The position numbers were made by a program, and so were the translations under genes. The notes under the pieces are model-generated. The model worked only from the letters and a program-made list of their open reading frames with translations. It searched no databases and was not told the DNA's origin. Positions 53,629 to 59,674 of a stretch of 59,674 nt of DNA are shown here, piece by piece (the stretch's first letter is position 1; every line of letters begins with the position of its first letter). Source of the DNA: Fonticula alba ATCC 38817 (Eukaryota; Protista; Nucleariida); assembly GCA_000388065.2 (NCBI GenBank), contig KB932214.1. One strand, given 5' to 3'.

Positions 53629-56601
53629 GTAATACCATGGCCCGGGGAGGGCCTTCTCAACGCACGCTGTGCCCGCTCGGGCGACCGCGCCCCGGCCGCG
53701 CGCAGGGCCACAAGGGAGGCCCGTGCACACGCGTGACGGCAGGAAAGCGAGCCCCGATCCGGCTACATACATGCGCCCAACGATTGAGACAGAGAGAGAG
53801 ATAGAGACCCCGCGCGGGAGCCAGCCGAGGCCCAGCGACAACGCCCCCCGGAGGTCGACCGCGGTCGGGAGAGCACGCACGACAGGCAGACCGACAGAGC
53901 AGACGAGAGGGAGAGACAGAGAGAGAGAGAGAGAGAGAGCCGGGCGGGTCCGAATTGCCACCCTTTTTTCCCCGGACGCCACCCGTCCCTCGCCCATCCG
54001 CATACACGGCCCCTCTCCCGCCCCCCGCCCTCCCCCCCCCCTTCCCCCGCTCCCGACATGCGCCGATGCGGCGGTAGGCCTGTGCGGCCCTTTACAGAAG
54101 ATACACGGCGCGCTCAGCTCGTGCCATGTGTGCCTGCGCTCAGTGTTGCACGGACGCACCCCTGTGCACGCACGTCCCACTCCATCGTGTGCCCTCGCGC
54201 GGCCCTTGATCATGCGCGAGTGAGGTGCCTCTCGGGAGAATAGACTGCCCCATCCACAATGTTCCGAGCAACACGGGTGCGGTGCGCAGAAGTAGCTGGT
54301 GTGACTTGCGCGTGGGCTCATGTGGCGGCCGGGTCGAGGAGGGGGCCGTTCGGTCGTCTGTGCGCGCCCTGGGGCGACGGCCGGTGGGGGAGGGCACAGG
54401 GGCGGCCCAACCGGCGGGAGCGGGAGGGGGGCTGCCATGCAGGCAAGTGGCCCAGGCAGCGGGGGGGGGGGGGCAGAGGTGGGAGGACGGCCCCGCGTCG
54501 GGTGTCGCGGAGTGCGCCGGGCAGCGACGCGAGAGTGCCCCCGGGCCAGGGCGAGGAGGGGCGGGGGGGAGGGGGACAAGTCATGCCACACAGGCAGATG
54601 CCCCGCAGGTTGCTCGTCTCGGGGCAAGTCCCGGCGTGCGGGGCCTCGGGTTTGGGCGTGGCCGGGGCCGGCGGGGCACAAGCACGCCGAGCGGCCGAAC
54701 CGCATGCCTTCTGGTGGTGGCAACCGCGAGTGTGGCGGCCGGGGAGGGGCCATACGTGTGTACACGTGTGTGTGCCTCGGAAAAAAAAAAAGAAGACACG
54801 CACACGCATACGCGCATGCACATGCATACCGGCATCCTTCCCATGGGGAGTGGCACTGCCCTCGCCGCTGGCCGGCCGCTGCCCGCCTCGCGCGGTCCCG
54901 GGGCAGCAAGGCACAGCGNNNNNNNNNNNNNNNNNNNNNNNNNNNNNNNNNNNNNNNNNNNNNNNNNNNNNNNNNNNNNNNNNNNNNNNNNNNNNNNNNN
55001 NNNNNNNNNNNNNNNNNNNNNNNNNNNNNNNNNNNNNNNNNNNNNNNNNNNNNNNNNNNNNNNNNNNNNNNNNNNNNNNNNNNNNNNNNNNNNNNNNNNN
55101 NNNNNNNNNNNNNNNNNNNNNNNNNNNNNNNNNNNNNNNNNNNNNNNNNNNNNNNNNNNNNNNNNNNNNNNNNNNNNNNNNNNNNNNNNNNNNNNNNNNN
55201 NNNNNNNNNNNNNNNNNNNNNNNNNNNNNNNNNNNNNNNNNNNNNNNNNNNNNNNNNNNNNNNNNNNNNNNNNNNNNNNNNNNNNNNNNNNNNNNNNNNN
55301 NNNNNNNNNNNNNNNNNNNNNNNNNNNNNNNNNNNNNNNNNNNNNNNNNNNNNNNNNNNNNNNNNNNNNNNNNGGGGGGGGGGGGGGAGACAAGCGCCCG
55401 TCCGACGGCAGCAGAGGGCCGGCGAGCGTCCCGGGGCCGCGGCGGGGCGGTATGCGGGACGGATTTTGACAGAGCAACGGCCCTGGCAGGCGCGGGGGCG
55501 CGAGGTGGCGGGACGGGCCCCCTTGCGGCCCCTTGGTCCTGCTGCCGGGGCCGCGAGCCCATTCCTGGGTGCGATTTGCCGGCCTTTTCCGGGGCCGCCC
55601 ATCCTTGTCTCGGCACAGGTGCACCCCGGACCCGGGCGGGTGGAAAACGTCCGGACCGGGAGACCAGAGGTTTTCCCTCGCTCCTGCAGTGTGTGTGTGA
55701 GAGAAAGGGAGGGGGGGGGGGGGCTCGCTGTTGCGCCGTGCTTTCGGGCCGCCGGGTGACGCTGGATCAGGTGCGCGGGCGTGCCGCCCGATGGTTGCCC
55801 CACCCTGGGGAGGGAGGGGCGGCATTGTGGGCAGAACTGCCACCTGCCGGCCGTCGAGGGGGCCCTGGTCCACAATCCCGCCGCCGTGCGGGGGAATCTC
55901 CGCCGGCAGAGCGGCCTCTCACGTTGTACCGGTGGATCTGCTGCGGGCGTTTCACGGGTCCGGCGCCTTGTGCCAAAGGGATGGCCGACTTTGACGGAGG
56001 CCATACCGGAAAAATCCGCCATGGGTGAGGGGACCCCGGGCATATATGAGAGGGCACACCGAGCCGGGGAGGGGGATATGCCGTCGCCGACAACGCGCGG
56101 GGGGTGGCAACTTGGCCCGGGGCGGGTGAGCGGGCGAAATGCGTGGGATTCGGACTGAAAAAGGCGCCTGGGAGGGGGGGGCCTTGGAACAGGTGCATTT
56201 CACGTCCCAAACTGGCACCTTGGGCGATGCTCTCGCGTATACGTGCGTGTGTGTGTGTGTGTGTGTTGCCCGACACACGTCTACCAAGATGCCCCGCTCT
56301 GGGGGGGCTCCCGGATGATGGAGGCCTATCGGGCCTTTGTCCGCTCGGCCGGAGGGGCGGGTCGGAGGACGCCAGTCACACGCGCGTATCTCCCCGTACA
56401 CCCCCGGGCTCGGTGGGCCCTGGCTGCGTCGTCGTTCGTTGCCTTTCCCGCAGAGGGAAGACCTCGAGTGTGGCGTGCCATATCATGGGGGACCGGGCGG
56501 GTGATTCGCTTCGGCGAGTTTGGGACTGCGTCGCAGGGAACACAATCGGGCAGTTTTCGTGTATATGTCATGTGTACAGCGCTGTCATGGGACATTCGTT
56601 C

Positions 56602-56650
56602 TGGAGTGATGGTGCTCCCTTCCTTCTGAGATGCGAGTTAATGCTGACCA
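56602..56650 (+). ncRNA. Weak candidate: compact box C/D-like guide RNA
   Basis: GTGATGG (56606-12), then TGCTCCCTTCCTT, then CTGA (56626-29) and a second CTGA (56644-47), in an AT-richer island. The 13-mer is 12/13 complementary to the conserved SSU rRNA segment AAGGAAGGCAGCA, recalled from memory. Confidence 0.35.
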
Positions 56651-58622
56651 AGCCGGCTTCTTTGGTGTAAACCGGCGAAAAGATGATGTGTACCTCTCTG
56701 GGAGCGCGCGCGCGCGTGTGCCTGGCGGGGAGGATCCTCCGCCGGCCGACGCCGCGCACCTGGCATGCTCCCCAGCGCGGGGGGAGAGACACGCACGCGC
56801 ACACGGGCGGTCGCGGTGGATGGGGTACCTGGGAATGGGGGGCTTCTAACGGAGAGGGGAGACACACTGGGCCTCGTCTGCGAGCCGGCCAGTCCGGCCT
56901 TGCGTGGCCTCGCCCCCCGGGCAAGTGACGTGGGGCGCGCTACTCGCCAGCCGGGGGCCACACTCGGTGGTGCCACAGCCGAGGGGGGGGGGGGGGGGGG
57001 CCATCGTCGCAGGGCGGGCCGAGAGGCGCTCGAGAGGGGGCGCTCGGTGCGCACGACACACACACGCCGGTGCATGAGAGCCCTGCGCGAGGCCCCTGAT
57101 GCGCGTGTCATGGCCGGGGACCCTTTGGTTCACCGAGGGGGGGTCTCCACTGGACGCCGGTGGGAACGCCAGTGAAACGGTCGGCCTTGGGTGCGGGCCC
57201 CGGGGGATGACGAATTGAAGGGATGGATGATGTCTCCCTCGGTGCGCCCCTGCCCGGGGTGCCCCTTCGGTTGCGGGGCGGAGCATCTCGACCACGGGGG
57301 TATATAAAGGCGGGGGAAGGCAGGAGGGCTGCTGCGCGTCGGCGGGCAGCGGGGGGCGCGAGACGGGCTGGGCGAAAGCAGGGCGCGGCAAGGCAAGAAG
57401 CCGGCGTGTCGGGCGGGGGGGGGGGGGGGCCGGGCTTTGCCGACGCGCCGCCGGATGCCGGCAAGCTTGCCGCCTTCCGCGCCTCGGGGGCACGGCTCGC
57501 CCGGTGTCTGGTCCGACCGCGGGATGGGCCCGATTCATGCTGTGGGGCTTGAGTCCCCCTCGCTTTGTAATCATACACCGAAACCCCTGATAAGAGTGCG
57601 ACAGTTGCCGCCCCCGCCCCCCCTCCGGCAGTGCGCCCCGGCTGGCCGCCAGGGGAGGGGGGCTCCTCTGACTCTGGTGGGGAGGCCCTGGCGGGGGTGA
57701 TGGGGGGGGGGGGGGGATAGTGGCATTCGGAGGGAGCCGCGGCGTGCATGAGCGAAGCCGAAGAAAAGAAGGTCTCCGAGTAGCCCGGGCGGGTGGCGAA
57801 CCGGTGCAGGGTTCGAGCAACGCCCACAGGGCCCGCCCCCCTTTGAGCCACCGCCGGGCGCGCGCGTGATGCTGTTTCGCCTGAGGCCGAAGGAAAGGGG
57901 ACCTGCCCGGGAGGCGGGGGGGGGGGGGGCCACCGTACAGGCACGCTGGCCCTTCAGGCCGGAGGCACGCGCGCCGGCACTGGCGGGTCGCCGGGCATTC
58001 AAGCGCCTCCCGTGCACATGGAGGGAGAGGGCGCGAGCGGGGCGCGAGCGGGGCGAGCCCAGAAAAGAGGCTCCCCCNNNNNNNNNNNNNNNNNNNNNNN
58101 NNNNNNNNNNNNNNNNNNNNNNNNNNNNNNNNNNNNNNNNNNNNNNNNNNNNNNNNNNNNNNNNNNNNNNNNNNNNNNNNNNNNNNNNNNNNNNNNNNNN
58201 NNNNNNNNNNNNNNNNNNNNNNNNNNNNNNNNNNNNNNNNNNNNNNNNNNNNNNNNNNNNNNNNNNNNNNNNNNNNNNNNNNNNNNNNNNNNNNNNNNNN
58301 NNNNNNNNNNNNNNNNNNNNNNNNNNNNNNNNNNNNNNNNNNNNNNNNNNNNNNNNNNNNNNNNNNNNNNNNNNNNNNNNNNNNNNNNNNNNNNNNNNNN
58401 NNNNNNNNNNNNNNNNNNNNNNNNNNNNNNNNNNNNNNNNNNNNNNNNNNNNNNNNNNNNNNNNNNNNNNNNNNNNNNNNNNNNNNNNNNNNNNNNNNNN
58501 NNNNNNNNNNNNNNNNNNNNNNNNNNNNNNNNNNNNNNNNNNNNNNNNNNNNNNNNNNNNNNNNNNNNNNNNNNNNNNAGGATCGTGGCCCGGGGTCGAG
58601 CCCGCGCCCTTCGCGCGGGGGG

Positions 58623-58660
<38 letters not shown>

Positions 58661-59674
58661 TTCCGACCGGGCGGATGTGGGACAAGTGCATGCGCACGGA
58701 CGCATGCGCACACACACACACACTCATCCGGCTCTGGCAAGGCGCGGCCACCACAAGGGCGCGGGCTTCCTCGCGCCGCCCTCCCCCGGGGGTGACCACA
58801 ACAAACCAGGAGAGCGGCGGGTGGCAAAAATAGATCCACCCGAGGGGAATAATAAATACCCGATTTCCGGCGGATTCGTCGGGCCCAAGCCAGGCCGAGC
58901 TCCCTGGTGTTTCACCTTGTTAGTCGCCGATGAGCAGCCCCCCGAGCCCCCGTCCAGGGAGGCGGGGAGCTGCGTCACACACACTGGCTCGGGGCCGGGC
59001 GTTGCGGAAGTGTGCGCGCGCGACCGCGGCCGCCCCCCCCCCCTCCCCGCCAGCTGGCTCGGACCCCTTGTCCTTCGGAGGTCGGCCAAGGGACGGGGCC
59101 GGAGGGCGGGAGCCGGTCTGGACCGCCCTTCGAGCGTGCGGGGAAGAGCCGCGCCCTGAAGCCCAGCCGGGCGCCCCGTGTGAACCCGGGGGGGGCATCT
59201 GTTATTATTCCCGGGGGGCGGCGGGGCCCGGACCTCGTCCGCCGGGGGGCGAGGCCACAAGCAACTCTCGTTCCCGGGGGCGCAGGGGGAGGGAGGGGGG
59301 GGGCATATGTCCATTTCGACAGCCAGTCTTCCTCGTGGCCGGGCGCGCTCGCGGTGCGCTGGCCACGGAAGGGAATCGAACCGGCGCCGGGTGGTGGCGA
59401 ATATGTGCACAAGCGCCGGCCGTCTCGAAACCCGGCGTGGCAGCCGGTCCACGTATGGTTGGGGACGATTTGGCGAAACATTGCCCCCGGCCCGTGGACA
59501 AGGGTCCCTCCCCCCCCCCCCCTGCTCCCCGCGCCCCGCGCCCCGCCCCCCGGTGAGGGAGGGCGCCGGCTCTGGCTGGCCGATGGCTTCCCCCCTCCCC
59601 CCGGCGAGGGACGTTTCGCCCGGCGGGGGCGCACACTTGCGCATGGTTGGGTCAATCAGCACCGCCCGCCCCCC

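Noticed and set aside
28116-56043. Long antisense ORFs opposite the Cys-rich genes (817, 987, 1196 and 1866 aa)
   Set aside because: These are shadow ORFs caused by high GC3 codon bias on the coding strand. They have no motifs and read through introns and gaps.
58823-58837. GGCAAAAATAGATCC resembles an LSU rRNA segment
   Set aside because: Short match with an indel, and no adjacent D box on the antisense strand.
1-59674. CRISPR array or prokaryotic defence system
   Set aside because: The sequence is eukaryotic with spliceosomal introns. All tandem repeats lack unique spacers, and no cas-like ORFs are present.

Overview
This is a very GC-rich, intron-containing eukaryotic scaffold with many N-gaps, poly-G/C runs and (CA)n/(GA)n microsatellites. 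Introns mostly start GTGCGT or GTACGT and end in CAG. The style fits a GC-rich protist such as Fonticula alba, but that is inference. The ORF track is mostly GC-driven noise, so gene models were rebuilt by hand with splice phases checked. Left part: a mitochondrial PDK/BCKDK-family kinase (+), an Iwr1/SLC7A6OS-like Pol II import factor (+), a membrane-anchored SDR (-) and a RasGEF with talin-F0/F1-like ubiquitin-fold repeats (-). The SDR carries a candidate intronic box C/D snoRNA and a likely internal promoter. Middle: an apparently intact, young Ty3/gypsy LTR retrotransposon (-) with a single gag-pol ORF and no tRNA-type primer-binding site. Right part: four paralogous secreted CxxC/furin-like cysteine-rich proteins, three in tandem on - and one divergent on +, with an initiator tRNA-Met gene in the divergent spacer. 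The fourth protein has an SSHDS His/Ser tandem array and a CxxC plus amphipathic-helix tail. The last ~6 kb has no supportable protein gene but holds a second, weaker C/D-like guide candidate. No database searches were run; homology calls rest on recognised motifs.
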